This document shows, one piece after another, positions 21,274-30,893 of a DNA stretch of 64,000 nt. The notes below the pieces were generated by a model. That model was given only the letters and a program-made list of their open reading frames with translations. It was not told the DNA's origin and made no database searches. Made by a program: the position numbers and the translations under genes. Source of the stretch: Chloroflexota bacterium (GTDB lineage Bacteria; Chloroflexota; Limnocylindria; Limnocylindrales; CSP1-4). The stretch is taken from contig JBHORC010000023.1 of NCBI GenBank assembly GCA_042408445.1, forward strand, positions 83,403 to 147,402. Reading direction: 5' to 3'. Every line of letters begins with the position of its first letter. Position 1 is the stretch's first letter.

Positions 21274-21534
21274 CTAGCGGCCGATGACGTCGGCGATCGA
21301 CATCGTGCCCGGGTCGCCGTCGCCGTCCGCATGGGACTCGTAGGCGATGCCGGCGGCGTCGAACGCGGCCCGGGTCGCCTCGGCGTCGCTCGTCTCGAGC
21401 ATGAGCTCCCCGTCGGTGTCCTCGGCGATGCCCACGATGCCCGCGATGTTCACGCCACGCTCCGCGAGCGCCGTCGCCATCCGGGCGAGCGCCCCGGGCC
21501 GATCGTCGAGCTTGACCGTGAACCAGACCGACAC
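21274..21534 (-). CDS. ACT domain-containing protein (86 aa)
   Basis: VSVWFTVKLDDRPGALARMATALAERGVNIAGI is a typical ACT fold. GTG start with strong RBS AGGAGGTG. Confidence 0.65.
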   Translation of the reverse strand: MSVWFTVKLDDRPGALARMATALAERGVNIAGIVGIAEDTDGELMLETSDAEATRAAFDAAGIAYESHADGDGDPGTMSIADVIGR

Positions 21535-21642
21535 GCCGCCACCTCCTGTGTGCGGGCGATGGTACCCGGCCGCTCGCTTCCGCCGCCGTCCCTCCCGCCG
21601 TCGCGGCGTTGCCGGCGCGCCCCCTTCGCTACGCTGACGCCG

Positions 21643-22008
21643 ATGCCCGAGCAGAGCGTCCAGATCTTCGGCCACGACCGCGACCAGGCGACGCGGGCGG
21701 CGGTCCGGTTCTTCAAGGAGCGCCGGATCGCGATCCACCAGGTCGACCTGACCCGCAAGCCGATCGCCCGTGGCGAGCTCCGCCGGTTCGTCGATCGGCT
21801 CGGCGCCCGAGCCCTCCTCGACGAGACGGGCAAGGCCTATCAGGACGCCGGGCTCCGCTATCTCCGGATGGACGATTCCGAGATCGTCGAGCGGCTGCTC
21901 GCGACGTCGGCCCTCCTCCGGCTCCCGCTCGTCCGGTTCGGCAACGAGGTCGCCGTCGGGCGCGCCGAGTCGACCTGGAAGGGCTGGCTCAGCCGCTCCG
22001 GGTCCTGA
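21643..22008 (+). CDS. ArsC/Spx/YffB family protein (arsenate-reductase-like thioredoxin fold)
   Basis: QIFGHDRDQATRAAVRFFKERRIAIHQVDLTRKPIARGELRRF matches the ArsC/Spx family N-terminus. Confidence 0.65.
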   Translation: MPEQSVQIFGHDRDQATRAAVRFFKERRIAIHQVDLTRKPIARGELRRFVDRLGARALLDETGKAYQDAGLRYLRMDDSEIVERLLATSALLRLPLVRFGNEVAVGRAESTWKGWLSRSGS

Positions 22009-22183
22009 ACGCCAGCCAGCCCACGAAGATCCCGGCCGCGACGGCAGCGACGCCGATCCACGCCCACATCGCGTCGCCGACCATGAAGCTGTTGCCGCGG
22101 AGCAGGCCGGTCCCCTGGCCGACCCACACCAGGCCCGTTGCAATCAGGAGCGCTGCCCCGATCAACCGCGTTCGCTGCTGCAT
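21989..22183 (-). CDS. possible small membrane protein (64 aa, two TM helices)
   Basis: Hydrophobic ORF. Overlaps the 3' end of the ArsC-family gene by 20 bp. Weak RBS. Confidence 0.3.
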   Translation of the reverse strand: MQQRTRLIGAALLIATGLVWVGQGTGLLRGNSFMVGDAMWAWIGVAAVAAGIFVGWLAFRTRSG

Positions 22184-22212
22184 GCCATCTCCTCGGGTGC
22201 GATCCTAGCCGG

Positions 22213-23157
22213 ATGAGCGATCGAGAGCCGTCCTCGCCGAGCCGGCGGGCAGATCCGGAGTCCCCTACGTCCGGGGAACGCGGATCGGATCAGACGCGGT
22301 CGACGCCGCAGGCCGACGCGGCGCAGGGGGCCGGCGTGCCGAAGGCCGGTGAGGCGGGCCCGGGCGGGCCCGAGCGGCGCAGCGGTCGCGTCACCATGCG
22401 CGGCGACGCCGCGACCCGGATGGGGAAGCCCGCGACGACCGAGGACGAGAAGCTGCTCGAGCGAGAGCCGCCGACGCCCGGCCGGCCGGCGTTCGTCGAC
22501 ACGGACCCCTGGCGAGCGCTCCGGATCCTGAGCGAATTCGTCGAAGGCTTCGATGCGCTGGCGTCCGTCGGCCCGGCCGTCACGGTCTTCGGGTCGGCGC
22601 GCGCGGCCGACGGATCGCCCGAGTACGAGCTCGCCCGCGAGATCGCGCGACGGCTCGCACAGAGCGGGTTCGCGATCATCACCGGCGGTGGCCCCGGGAT
22701 CATGGAAGCGGCGAATCGCGGCTGCCGGGAGGGCGGCGGGCTCTCGATCGGCTGCAACATCGAGCTGCCGCACGAGCAGGGGATCAACGCGTACGTCGAT
22801 CTCGGGGTCGAGTTCAAGTACTTCTTCGCCCGCAAGACGATGTTCGTGAAGTACGCCGACGCGTTCGTCATCATGCCGGGCGGCTTCGGAACGCTCGACG
22901 AGCTGTTCGAGAGCCTCACGCTGATCCAGACCGGCAAGATCCGTGACTTCCCTGTCGTCCTGGTCGGGACGGCCTACTGGCAGGGGATGATCGACTGGAT
23001 GCGGGCGACCCAGATCCCGGCGGGCGCGATCTCGGAGGCCGATCTCCGCCTGTTGCGGCTCACCGACGACCCGGCGGAGGTCGTCGAGATCATCCGAGCG
23101 TACGTCGCGAAGTCGCACCCGGAGGACGTCGCGACGATCGAGGACGAGATTCGCTAG
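22213..23157 (+). CDS. LOG family protein (TIGR00730; cytokinin riboside 5'-monophosphate phosphoribohydrolase-like)
   Basis: PGGxGTxxE motif (VIMPGGFGTLDELFE) and GGGPGIMEAANRG. Start uncertain (22213, 22396 or 22420). The N-terminal ~100 aa is low-complexity. Confidence 0.75.
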   Translation: MSDREPSSPSRRADPESPTSGERGSDQTRSTPQADAAQGAGVPKAGEAGPGGPERRSGRVTMRGDAATRMGKPATTEDEKLLEREPPTPGRPAFVDTDPWRALRILSEFVEGFDALASVGPAVTVFGSARAADGSPEYELAREIARRLAQSGFAIITGGGPGIMEAANRGCREGGGLSIGCNIELPHEQGINAYVDLGVEFKYFFARKTMFVKYADAFVIMPGGFGTLDELFESLTLIQTGKIRDFPVVLVGTAYWQGMIDWMRATQIPAGAISEADLRLLRLTDDPAEVVEIIRAYVAKSHPEDVATIEDEIR

Positions 23158-23624
23158 TCGTCGGCGGGCGGCTGGTCGCCGGTGCGCAGCTGGTCAGTGG
23201 CGGACCGCGGCCCTGCCGGAATGCGGACGCTGATCCTCCCGGCGTCGATCGTGACCGGGTAGTAGCGGAGTCGGCGGACCCGGGTGAGCCGCCGCGCCTC
23301 GGCCTTCTTGCCGGGCGGATCGACCTTCGGCTCCTTGCCCGCGGGCGACCACGTCGGGTGATATCGGCCATCGGGGTCGAGCCCGCCGGTCGTCGGCATC
23401 TGGACGACGTCCCCGGAGCAGAGGTCGAACCGGCCCTCGTGCAGCGGGCAGGCGACGATGCAGCCCTCCAGCGACCCGATCGACAGCGGCGCCGACATGT
23501 GGGGACAGCGGTCGTCGACGGCGACGATCCCCGCGGGGGTGTGGGCGACGAGCACGTCCAGGTCGCCGCGCGTGATGCGGCGCATGGATCCTTCCGGCAG
23601 ATCCGCGATGGACCCAGCGTCCAC
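23154..23624 (-). CDS. Rieske [2Fe-2S] domain protein (small, ferredoxin-like)
   Basis: CPHMSAPL...CPLHEGRF Rieske ligands. N-terminal region aligns with the ...ELPEG... start of small Rieske ferredoxins. GTG start. Confidence 0.6.
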   Translation of the reverse strand: MDAGSIADLPEGSMRRITRGDLDVLVAHTPAGIVAVDDRCPHMSAPLSIGSLEGCIVACPLHEGRFDLCSGDVVQMPTTGGLDPDGRYHPTWSPAGKEPKVDPPGKKAEARRLTRVRRLRYYPVTIDAGRISVRIPAGPRSATDQLRTGDQPPADD

Positions 23625-23826
23625 GGAGATGGCCTCGCTGCTCGCCGCGCCCGGGGCTTCGAGCCCGGCGGGGAACGCGGCAGGGATCGGCTGGGACGGG
23701 CGATCGGGGATCACCGGGGGATCGTAGCGTGAACAGGGAGCGACCCCGGCGGGTCGGTCCCGGCCGGGGTCGTGAGGAGGAGCGCGAGGAGCGAGCGCGG
23801 CCGGCGGAGCCGGCCGCGCGTTCGGG

Positions 23827-25551
23827 TCAGTCGGTCGCGCCGACCGTCGGGCGGTTGCCCTCCGACTTGGCGGCCGCTGCAGCCTGCGCCGGCGTCTGCT
23901 GGCGAAGCGCGAGCTCACGCATCGTCGCCGCGGCGAGCGCGGCGAGGACCGCCGCCACCACGCCGACCCAGAACGTCGAGGCGACGCCCAGGCTGAACGC
24001 GCGGTGGATGCCGTCGACGAGGTTCGGGACGACCGGAGCGATCGCCGCCCGGAACTGCTCGGGGACGCTGGCAAGGATCGTCTGACCCATGTCACCGGTC
24101 CCGGTCAGCCGGTTGAAGTCGATCTGGCCGCTGCTCGCCGCCTGCCCGAAGCTGGCGACGACCTGGTCCGGAACGCCAGCCGCCCGCATCTGGGGCACGA
24201 GCTGCTGTTGGAACTCGGAGCCGAAGATCGTGCCGACGATCGCGAGGGCGACCGTGCCGCCGATCTGGCGGAAGAACGTGAGGTTCGACGTCGCGACGCC
24301 GAGCATGTGGAACGGAACGGCGTTCTGGACGATCAGGGTGAAGACGGCGAACGTCGGTCCGACGCCGATCCCGGCGATCAGCATCCAGAGCCACACGACG
24401 GGGACCGCCGTATCGGCGCGGAGCTGGGTCATCAGGAGCGTGGAGACGCCCATGACGGCAATCGCGCCGACCATCAGCCACTTGTAGCGTCCGGTTCGGG
24501 CGACGATGATCCCGGACGCGATCGAGCTCCCGATCAGGCCGACCATCAGCGGCAGCGCGGCGAGGCCGGAGTACGTCGGGGTGAAGCCCTGGACGATCTG
24601 GAACCAGCGCGGCAGGAAGATGATCGCCCCGAAGAAGGCGAAGGCTGCGAAGAAGGTCGAGACCATCGACGCCGCGTACGTCCGATCGCGGAACAGCGTC
24701 AGCGGCACGATCGGCTCCTTCGCCCGGGACTCCGCCCAGATGAAGAGCACGATCCCGACGAGCGCGATGAGGATGAACCCGCCGACGGTCGGCGCGGTCC
24801 AGTCGTAGACCTGATGCGTTGCCGGGTCCGTCTGGCCCTTCTGGGTCAGGCCGACGAGCAGGAACGCGGTGGCGATCGTGAAGATCACGCCGCCGAGGAT
24901 GTCGAAGTTGCGGGTCGCCCGCGGGTTCTTCACGGTCGGCAGGAGCCGGAAGATGAAGAAGAGCGAGACGAGACCGATCGGGATGTTGACGTAGAAGATC
25001 CAGTGCCAGCTGATCTGCTCGGTCAGCCAGCCGCCGATGAGCGGACCGGCGATGAACGCGATCCCGAAGACCGCACCGAACAGGCCCTGGTACTTGCCGC
25101 GCTCGGCCGGCGAGAAGAGGTCGCCGATGACCGCGAGGGCGATCGGGAACAGCGAGCCGGCGCCGATGCCCTGCAGGCCGCGGAACAGGATGAGCTGGCT
25201 CATGTCCTGTGACAGACCGGAGAGGGCGGAGCCGATGAGGAAGATCACGATGCCGGTGATGAACATCGGCTTCCGGCCGTACAGGTCGGACAGCTTGCCC
25301 CAGAACGGGACGCTGATCGTGCTCGTCAGCAGGTAGCTGGTGATGGCCCAGACGTAGAGGTCGTTGCCGTTCAGCTGGGTGACGATCGTCGGCAGGGCGG
25401 GCCCGACGATCGTCTGATCGAGGGCGCCGAGGAAGAGGCCGAGCATGACGGCGAAGAGGATCTCCATCTTCGCCCGGATCGGCAGGCCGAGAGCTGGATC
25501 ATCCTCCAGGCTCGGTGTGGTGCTGTCGCGATCGACAGGGAACGATTCCAT
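23827..25551 (-). CDS. MFS transporter, DHA2 (EmrB/QacA, 14-TMS) family
   Basis: 14 predicted TM helices. MFS motif GKLSDLYGRKPMF. Confidence 0.8.
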   Translation of the reverse strand: MESFPVDRDSTTPSLEDDPALGLPIRAKMEILFAVMLGLFLGALDQTIVGPALPTIVTQLNGNDLYVWAITSYLLTSTISVPFWGKLSDLYGRKPMFITGIVIFLIGSALSGLSQDMSQLILFRGLQGIGAGSLFPIALAVIGDLFSPAERGKYQGLFGAVFGIAFIAGPLIGGWLTEQISWHWIFYVNIPIGLVSLFFIFRLLPTVKNPRATRNFDILGGVIFTIATAFLLVGLTQKGQTDPATHQVYDWTAPTVGGFILIALVGIVLFIWAESRAKEPIVPLTLFRDRTYAASMVSTFFAAFAFFGAIIFLPRWFQIVQGFTPTYSGLAALPLMVGLIGSSIASGIIVARTGRYKWLMVGAIAVMGVSTLLMTQLRADTAVPVVWLWMLIAGIGVGPTFAVFTLIVQNAVPFHMLGVATSNLTFFRQIGGTVALAIVGTIFGSEFQQQLVPQMRAAGVPDQVVASFGQAASSGQIDFNRLTGTGDMGQTILASVPEQFRAAIAPVVPNLVDGIHRAFSLGVASTFWVGVVAAVLAALAAATMRELALRQQTPAQAAAAAKSEGNRPTVGATD

Positions 25552-25611
25552 CGAAGCTCCTTCCTCCAGGGGACGGCGTGGGCAGGCGATGCGGCGGCGG
25601 TCCGCCGCTGC

Positions 25612-26139
25612 TCAGCGGGGTTGGTGGGTGTGGACGTGATCGTCCAGGTGGTCGACGCCGATCTCGTCGATGACCGCGGCCCGCAGGTCGGCGATCGCGG
25701 CGTGGATCCGGCCGAGCTTGGCCGGTGCGAGCCGGCCGAGGATCGAGCGCATCCGGTCCTGCTTGAGCGCCTCGATCTCGTCGCGGATCCGGGCGCCTTC
25801 CTCGGAGGCCCGGACGATCACGACGCGACGGTCCGACGGCACCCGCACACGCTCGACGAGGCCCCGCTCCTCCATCCGGTCGACGAGGCCCGTTGCGTTG
25901 CTCAGCGAGACATCGAGCAGCTCGGCGAGCCGCGACATCGTGACCTCGCCGTGGTGATCGAGAACCCACAGAATGTGCAGGTGGGTCATGCTGATCCCGG
26001 CCTTCACCATCCGACCCGTGCCGGCGCAACGCAGGCTCCCGATCATCTGGTGCAGCTCGTCCACGACGGCGTCGATCTGCTGGGCCGAAGCCCCCGTCGA
26101 CGAAGACGAAGCGGACGCGGGCGGCTCAATGGTTCGCAT
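25612..26139 (-). CDS. MarR family transcriptional regulator
   Basis: Winged-helix region (MTHLHILWVLDHHGEVTMSRLAELLDVSLSNATGLVDRMEERGLVER). Directly upstream of the MFS gene. Confidence 0.8.
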   Translation of the reverse strand: MRTIEPPASASSSSTGASAQQIDAVVDELHQMIGSLRCAGTGRMVKAGISMTHLHILWVLDHHGEVTMSRLAELLDVSLSNATGLVDRMEERGLVERVRVPSDRRVVIVRASEEGARIRDEIEALKQDRMRSILGRLAPAKLGRIHAAIADLRAAVIDEIGVDHLDDHVHTHQPR

Positions 26140-26221
26140 CAGGTGAATAATCTAGAGCCGATCAACAGTCGCGTCAAGGGCGAATGTCGCCTCGGCAGTG
26201 AATGTGGACAGGGAGTGGTGG

Positions 26222-27193
26222 ATGCGCTTCGCGTTGATGATCGAGCCCCAGCAGGGGCTGTCGTACGAGGACCAGCGGGCGATCGTCCAGCGAGCGGAGG
26301 CGCTCGGCTTCGAGTCGTTCTTCCGGTCCGACCACTACCAGAGCTTTCCCGGACCCGCCGGAGAGCCGACGACGGACGCATGGGCGGTCCTCGCCGGGCT
26401 CGCCCGTGAGACGAGCCGGATCACGCTCGGCACGCTCGTCTCGCCGGTGACGTTCCGTCCGTTCGGCCAGCTCGCGAAGGTCGCAGCGACCGTGGACGAG
26501 ATGAGCGGCGGGCGGCTCGAGTTCGGCCTGGGAGCCGGCTGGAACGAGCCGGAGCATCGGCAGCTCGGCCTGCCGTTTCCGGAGATCGGCGATCGCGCGG
26601 ACATGCTCGAGGAGCAGTTCGCCGTGCTGCACGGGCTGTGGGGCGAACCGGACGGCTGGTCGTTCCACGGCCGGCACGTGACGATCGAGGACGCCAACTT
26701 CCACCCGAAACCGGTGAGTCGGCCTGGCCGACCGACGTTCCCGAATGGCGCCTCGCGTCCGCGTCTGCTCGCCGGTGGGGAAGGCTCCCCCCGGTCGCTC
26801 CGGATCGCCGCCCGCTACGCCGACGAGTTCAACCTGTCGTCCTCGACGCCCGACAAGGCGGTCACCAAATTCGCCGCGCTCCGGGCGGCGTGCGAGGCGA
26901 TCGGGCGCGATCCGGCGACGATGGGCCGCTCGGTGATGGCCGGCGTGCTCGTCGGCCGCACGGATGCCGACGTGGCCCGCCGGAAGGCGGAGCTGCTTGC
27001 CGCGTTCGGCGACGAGAGCGGCGGCGACGACTGGTTCGATGCACGGGAGCCGCGTTGGGTGCTCGGGACCGCGGGCCAGGCCCGGGAGATGGTCGCGCGC
27101 TTCGCGGACGCGGGCGCGGAGCGGCTGATGCTCCAGGACTTCGTGCCGCGCGACCTCGACATGGTCGACACGATGGCCGAGCTGCTGTTCTAG
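26222..27193 (+). CDS. LLM-class (luciferase-like) F420-dependent oxidoreductase
   Basis: LLM fold signatures (ALGFESFFRSDHY, LEFGLGAGW). Confidence 0.7.
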   Translation: MRFALMIEPQQGLSYEDQRAIVQRAEALGFESFFRSDHYQSFPGPAGEPTTDAWAVLAGLARETSRITLGTLVSPVTFRPFGQLAKVAATVDEMSGGRLEFGLGAGWNEPEHRQLGLPFPEIGDRADMLEEQFAVLHGLWGEPDGWSFHGRHVTIEDANFHPKPVSRPGRPTFPNGASRPRLLAGGEGSPRSLRIAARYADEFNLSSSTPDKAVTKFAALRAACEAIGRDPATMGRSVMAGVLVGRTDADVARRKAELLAAFGDESGGDDWFDAREPRWVLGTAGQAREMVARFADAGAERLMLQDFVPRDLDMVDTMAELLF

Positions 27194-27242
27194 CGTCGTC
27201 GTGGGGCGGGTCCGCCGCGAGCCGGCTTGAGCCGCCGACCGG

Positions 27243-28439
27243 TCAGCCGGCGGCGTCGGCCGCTGCGCGGTAGGTCGCGTCGTCGCGCCGGATCTGGTCC
27301 GGGTTCGTGCCGCGCGCTCGCGCGATGCGCTCCGTGAGCAGCTGGAGGGGCGTGACCGTCGACAGCAGCGCGGCGAGCGGCGGCGACAGCTCCGGCGCCT
27401 CGTCGACGACGAGCCGGCCCGCCGGCGTCAGCTCGCTCGGAAGCGCAGAGTCCACGTCGCGGGACACGATCGCGGCCGCGCGCAGGCCCACGACCTGTGC
27501 CGCCGCCAGCGCCTGACGCGCCCGGGCGACTCGCTCGTCGCGATGGTCCCGGTCCGTGAGGAGGAGGACCAGCCCGGTCGAAGCGTCCGTCGCGGGCAGG
27601 TGCCCATGGAGGAACGTCTCGAGATCCCGCATCGTCGACGGCACCCAGGATGCCTCCTCGATCTTCAGCGCCAGCTCGCGGGCGGCCGGCCGATCCGCGC
27701 CGGAGCCGACCGTCAGGATCTGCCGGCACGTGGCGAGGACCGCGGCGATCGACTCGGCGCGGGTCTCGTCCGCCGCGCCGTCCTCGAGCAGGTCGCCGAC
27801 CAATCCTTCGTCGATCTGCTCGCCGGTCAGCTGCTCGGCGATGGCGGCCGCGGCGACGATCGGGGAGAGGTAGCCGATCGTGTGGCACCAGCTGTGGTCC
27901 ATCTCGCCGGTCTCGAGGACAAGCTCCGGGGTCGCCGCGCGGCCGGCCGGCGAGCCGGCGCTGCCCGTGATGACCCCGACGCGTGCTCCCCGCTTCGCGG
28001 CTGCTTCCATTGCCCGGATCGTCGCGGTCGTCCCGCCTTCGTGCGAGACGCCGATCACGAGACCGCCCGTGGGAGGATCGAGTGACAGCTCGAACGCCTG
28101 CGCCGACGTGATCGCGGCGACGCCGGCCGGCAGGCCGCTCGCCCGGATCGCCGACCGGAGGATCTCGACGGCCGCCTGCGCGCCGTGCTCGCTCGTTCCG
28201 CAGCCGGTCACGACGATCGGCGCGCCGCTGCTCGCGGCCTGGCCGATGACACCGGCGAGCCGACCGGCGGCTCCCTGGGGGTCGGCGAGTCGCTCGAGGA
28301 TCCGCTCGGCAACGGACGGCTCCGCCGCGATCATGTCCGTCATGTGCCACGGCGGTCCGGAGCGGACCGTCGGCGCCGGCAGCTCCTGCCACGGATCCGG
28401 AGCGGGATCGAGGGGTTGCGTCGGATCGAACGTCGTCAT
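27243..28439 (-). CDS. SIS (sugar isomerase) two-domain phosphosugar-binding protein, GlmS C-terminal/AgaS/FrlB-like
   Basis: Two SIS repeats (VTGCGTSEHGAQ..., ILTVGSGADRPAARELALKIEE). Confidence 0.65.
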   Translation of the reverse strand: MTTFDPTQPLDPAPDPWQELPAPTVRSGPPWHMTDMIAAEPSVAERILERLADPQGAAGRLAGVIGQAASSGAPIVVTGCGTSEHGAQAAVEILRSAIRASGLPAGVAAITSAQAFELSLDPPTGGLVIGVSHEGGTTATIRAMEAAAKRGARVGVITGSAGSPAGRAATPELVLETGEMDHSWCHTIGYLSPIVAAAAIAEQLTGEQIDEGLVGDLLEDGAADETRAESIAAVLATCRQILTVGSGADRPAARELALKIEEASWVPSTMRDLETFLHGHLPATDASTGLVLLLTDRDHRDERVARARQALAAAQVVGLRAAAIVSRDVDSALPSELTPAGRLVVDEAPELSPPLAALLSTVTPLQLLTERIARARGTNPDQIRRDDATYRAAADAAG

Positions 28440-28543
28440 CGGGCGAGGATACGGCCGCCGGGTGGGCGCAAGGCGGGGTTGTGCGAAACCGACGAGGATG
28501 GCCGGAGACGGCGGGACGACGACGAGCCACAGGAGGTCGACGG

Positions 28544-29449
28544 ATGCAGGTCGGGGTGATGGCACCGCAGGGCTGGAAGGGCGAGTACGACGGCTGGGAT
28601 GCGGCCGCCGCCTGGGCGCGGACGACGGAGCTCGCGAGGCAGGCCGAGGAGCTCGGCTTCGAGTCGCTCTGGGTCTTCGACCACTTCCACACCGTCCCGG
28701 AGCCGACCGACGAGATCACGTTCGAGTCGTTCACGGTGCTCTCGGCGCTCGCGATGATCACCCGTCGCGTCCGGCTCGGGCACATGGTCGTCTGCACCGG
28801 TTTCCGGAACCCGGGCCACACCGCGAAGCTCGCGTCGACGCTCGACGTCGTGAGTGGCGGCCGGTTCGAGCTCGGGATCGGCGCCGGCTGGAAGAAGGAC
28901 GAGTGGGAGGCGTACGGCTACGGCTTCCCGCCGATCAAGGAGCGGCTCGACGCGTTCGGCGACGACCTCGAGGTGATCACCCGGATGTTCGGTCCCGGAC
29001 GTGCAACCTACGAGGGCGAGCACGCCCACGTTCGGGGAGCGATCAACGTGCCGAAGGGGATCCAGCAGCCGCGGATCCCGATCATCGTCGGCGGCAACGG
29101 CGAGCGGCGAACCGCCGGCTACGCGATCCGGTTCGCCGACGAGTTGAACTACGTCTTCCTGGACCGCGACGAGATCGCCAAGCGGATGGTCGAGGTCCGG
29201 CAGCGGTGCGAGGAGGAAGGCCGCGACCCGGCCACCCTCCGCTTCTCGCTCTACATGCGCGACGAGGACGCGCGGGATGCCGGGCAGCGGCGCGTCGATC
29301 TGCTCGCGGGGTTCGCGGAGATCGGCCTCTCGCGGGTGGTCGGGTTCCCGACGCGGTGGTCGCCGACGGTCGACGCTCAGGCCGCGTTCGCGGACGACTG
29401 CCGATCGGCCGGGATCGCGCTCGGAACGGGGATCGCGACCGCGGTGTGA
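28544..29449 (+). CDS. LLM-class F420-dependent oxidoreductase
   Basis: ELGFESLWVFDHF and ELGIGAGW motifs of the luciferase-like monooxygenase family. Confidence 0.7.
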   Translation: MQVGVMAPQGWKGEYDGWDAAAAWARTTELARQAEELGFESLWVFDHFHTVPEPTDEITFESFTVLSALAMITRRVRLGHMVVCTGFRNPGHTAKLASTLDVVSGGRFELGIGAGWKKDEWEAYGYGFPPIKERLDAFGDDLEVITRMFGPGRATYEGEHAHVRGAINVPKGIQQPRIPIIVGGNGERRTAGYAIRFADELNYVFLDRDEIAKRMVEVRQRCEEEGRDPATLRFSLYMRDEDARDAGQRRVDLLAGFAEIGLSRVVGFPTRWSPTVDAQAAFADDCRSAGIALGTGIATAV

Positions 29450-29496
29450 GGCGGGTCGTCGCCGGGCCGCCGGCCGTGAGCGTCCGCGCCCCATCG

Positions 29497-29970
29497 TCAC
29501 CGGCGCCTGATGAGCCCCAGCCGCCCAGCTGGCCAATACCGGAACCAGGCCCGTCCCACGAGCAGGTCGACCGGGACCGGGCCGTAGCGACGCGAATCGA
29601 TCGGCGTGCCGGCCCCCTGCTCGACGAGCTCGGCGAGCGGCGCGTCCGAGAGCAGCCACGCCTCGTCGTCGCCGAGGATGAGATGGCCGGCGTCCAGGTC
29701 CACGCGATCTCCGGGACCGGCCGCGACCCGTTTGATCGCGAGCAGCTCGCTGTCGGGCTCGCGGAAGACGACGACCGAGCCGCGGCGCGGCCAGCGCGTG
29801 ACCGTCGGGTCGACGAGGAGCCAGTCGCCGGGCTGGATCGCCGGCGACATCGAGTGCTCGCTCACGGCGACCCGCCACGGACCGCGGAGCCGATCGGAAC
29901 GGCTCGTGGTTCGTGCGCGCGGCCGGACGCGAGGGAGCCCCGCCGTCGGGCGGGGCTCCGGTTCGGTCAT
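29497..29970 (-). CDS. sodX: S26-family signal peptidase-like protease, probable Ni-SOD maturation protease
   Basis: Ser/Lys-dyad peptidase S26 motifs (SMSPAIQPGDWLLVD, LAIKRVAAGPGD). Immediately downstream of sodN. ORF opens at 30051; internal ATG chosen to avoid overlap. Confidence 0.65.
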   Translation of the reverse strand: MTEPEPRPTAGLPRVRPRARTTSRSDRLRGPWRVAVSEHSMSPAIQPGDWLLVDPTVTRWPRRGSVVVFREPDSELLAIKRVAAGPGDRVDLDAGHLILGDDEAWLLSDAPLAELVEQGAGTPIDSRRYGPVPVDLLVGRAWFRYWPAGRLGLIRRR

Positions 29971-30010
29971 GGCGCGAAGCCGGGCGATCAGCCGGCGATC
30001 AGCGGCGAGC

Positions 30011-30442
30011 TCAGCTCGGGCGGCCGTTGACGCGCGTCTTCTCCTCGCCACCGGTCGCCTTCCAGGCCGCGTCGATCTCGTCGATCATCGCGAGCAGCTG
30101 GCGAGCGTCCTCGAGGTTCGTCGACGCCTTCACCTTCGAGACCTGCTTCGTCGCGTTCCAGAACAGCTCGTGCAGGTTCGGGACCTTCTCGAGGTGCTCC
30201 GGCTTGAAGTAGTCGTGCCAGAGGACGTCGAGGGCGTGCTTGGCGAGGTCCGCCCGCTCCTCCTTGATGTGGATCGCGCGCGTCGTGAAGGTGGGATCGC
30301 TGTTCGCGCCCATCTTCTCGATGATCTTGTAGCAGGACTCCGCTTCGATCCGTGCCTGCTCCGGGTCGTACACGCCGCAGGGAAGGTCGCAGTGCGCGTG
30401 GACGGTCGTCGACGGGGCGAGGATTCGACTGAGACGGAACAT
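30011..30442 (-). CDS. sodN: nickel-containing superoxide dismutase precursor
   Basis: Ni-hook HCDLPCGVYDP directly after a 16-aa propeptide (MFRLSRILAPSTTVHA). RBS GGAAGGAGA. Confidence 0.9.
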   Translation of the reverse strand: MFRLSRILAPSTTVHAHCDLPCGVYDPEQARIEAESCYKIIEKMGANSDPTFTTRAIHIKEERADLAKHALDVLWHDYFKPEHLEKVPNLHELFWNATKQVSKVKASTNLEDARQLLAMIDEIDAAWKATGGEEKTRVNGRPS

Positions 30443-30493
30443 CGGTCTCCTTCCGGGCATTGAAGGGTGCGCCGACGGATCGCGGGACACTGC

Positions 30494-30508
30494 GAACCGG
30501 TGCGGTTC
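30494..30508. promoter_or_regulatory. perfect inverted repeat GAACCG-gtg-CGGTTC about 52-66 nt upstream of sodN start; candidate operator
   Basis: 15-bp palindrome read directly in the sodN upstream region. Confidence 0.3.
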
Positions 30509-30893
30509 TCCGGAGTCTCGGAGCGCGCCCGTCCGCTGTCAAACGACCCGGTCCCCGTGCGCGCGACGAGCCGCCGCGCCGCCCGGCCCCACGAGCATTG
30601 CCGCGGGTCTGCGCCGTCGACTAGGATCGCGACAGGCGCTCCCATCAGTGTTCTCCCGGCATCGCCGGGCGTCGTTCTGGCCAGGAGCTCCTTGTGTTCA
30701 GCAGGTTCTCAACCTGCCTCTCCCCGTCGCGTCCGGGTCTGGCCCACGACGCGACCGGGTCCGCGGCTCTGCAGGCTTCGGGCCTCCGCCGCAGCCCCGG
30801 GACCCAGCGCGACGGGCATGTCTACAGCGAACGCCGGCGCCGCCGGCGATCGGGTCGGTCGGGCACGCGACCCAATGATCTGGGGAGGATCGG

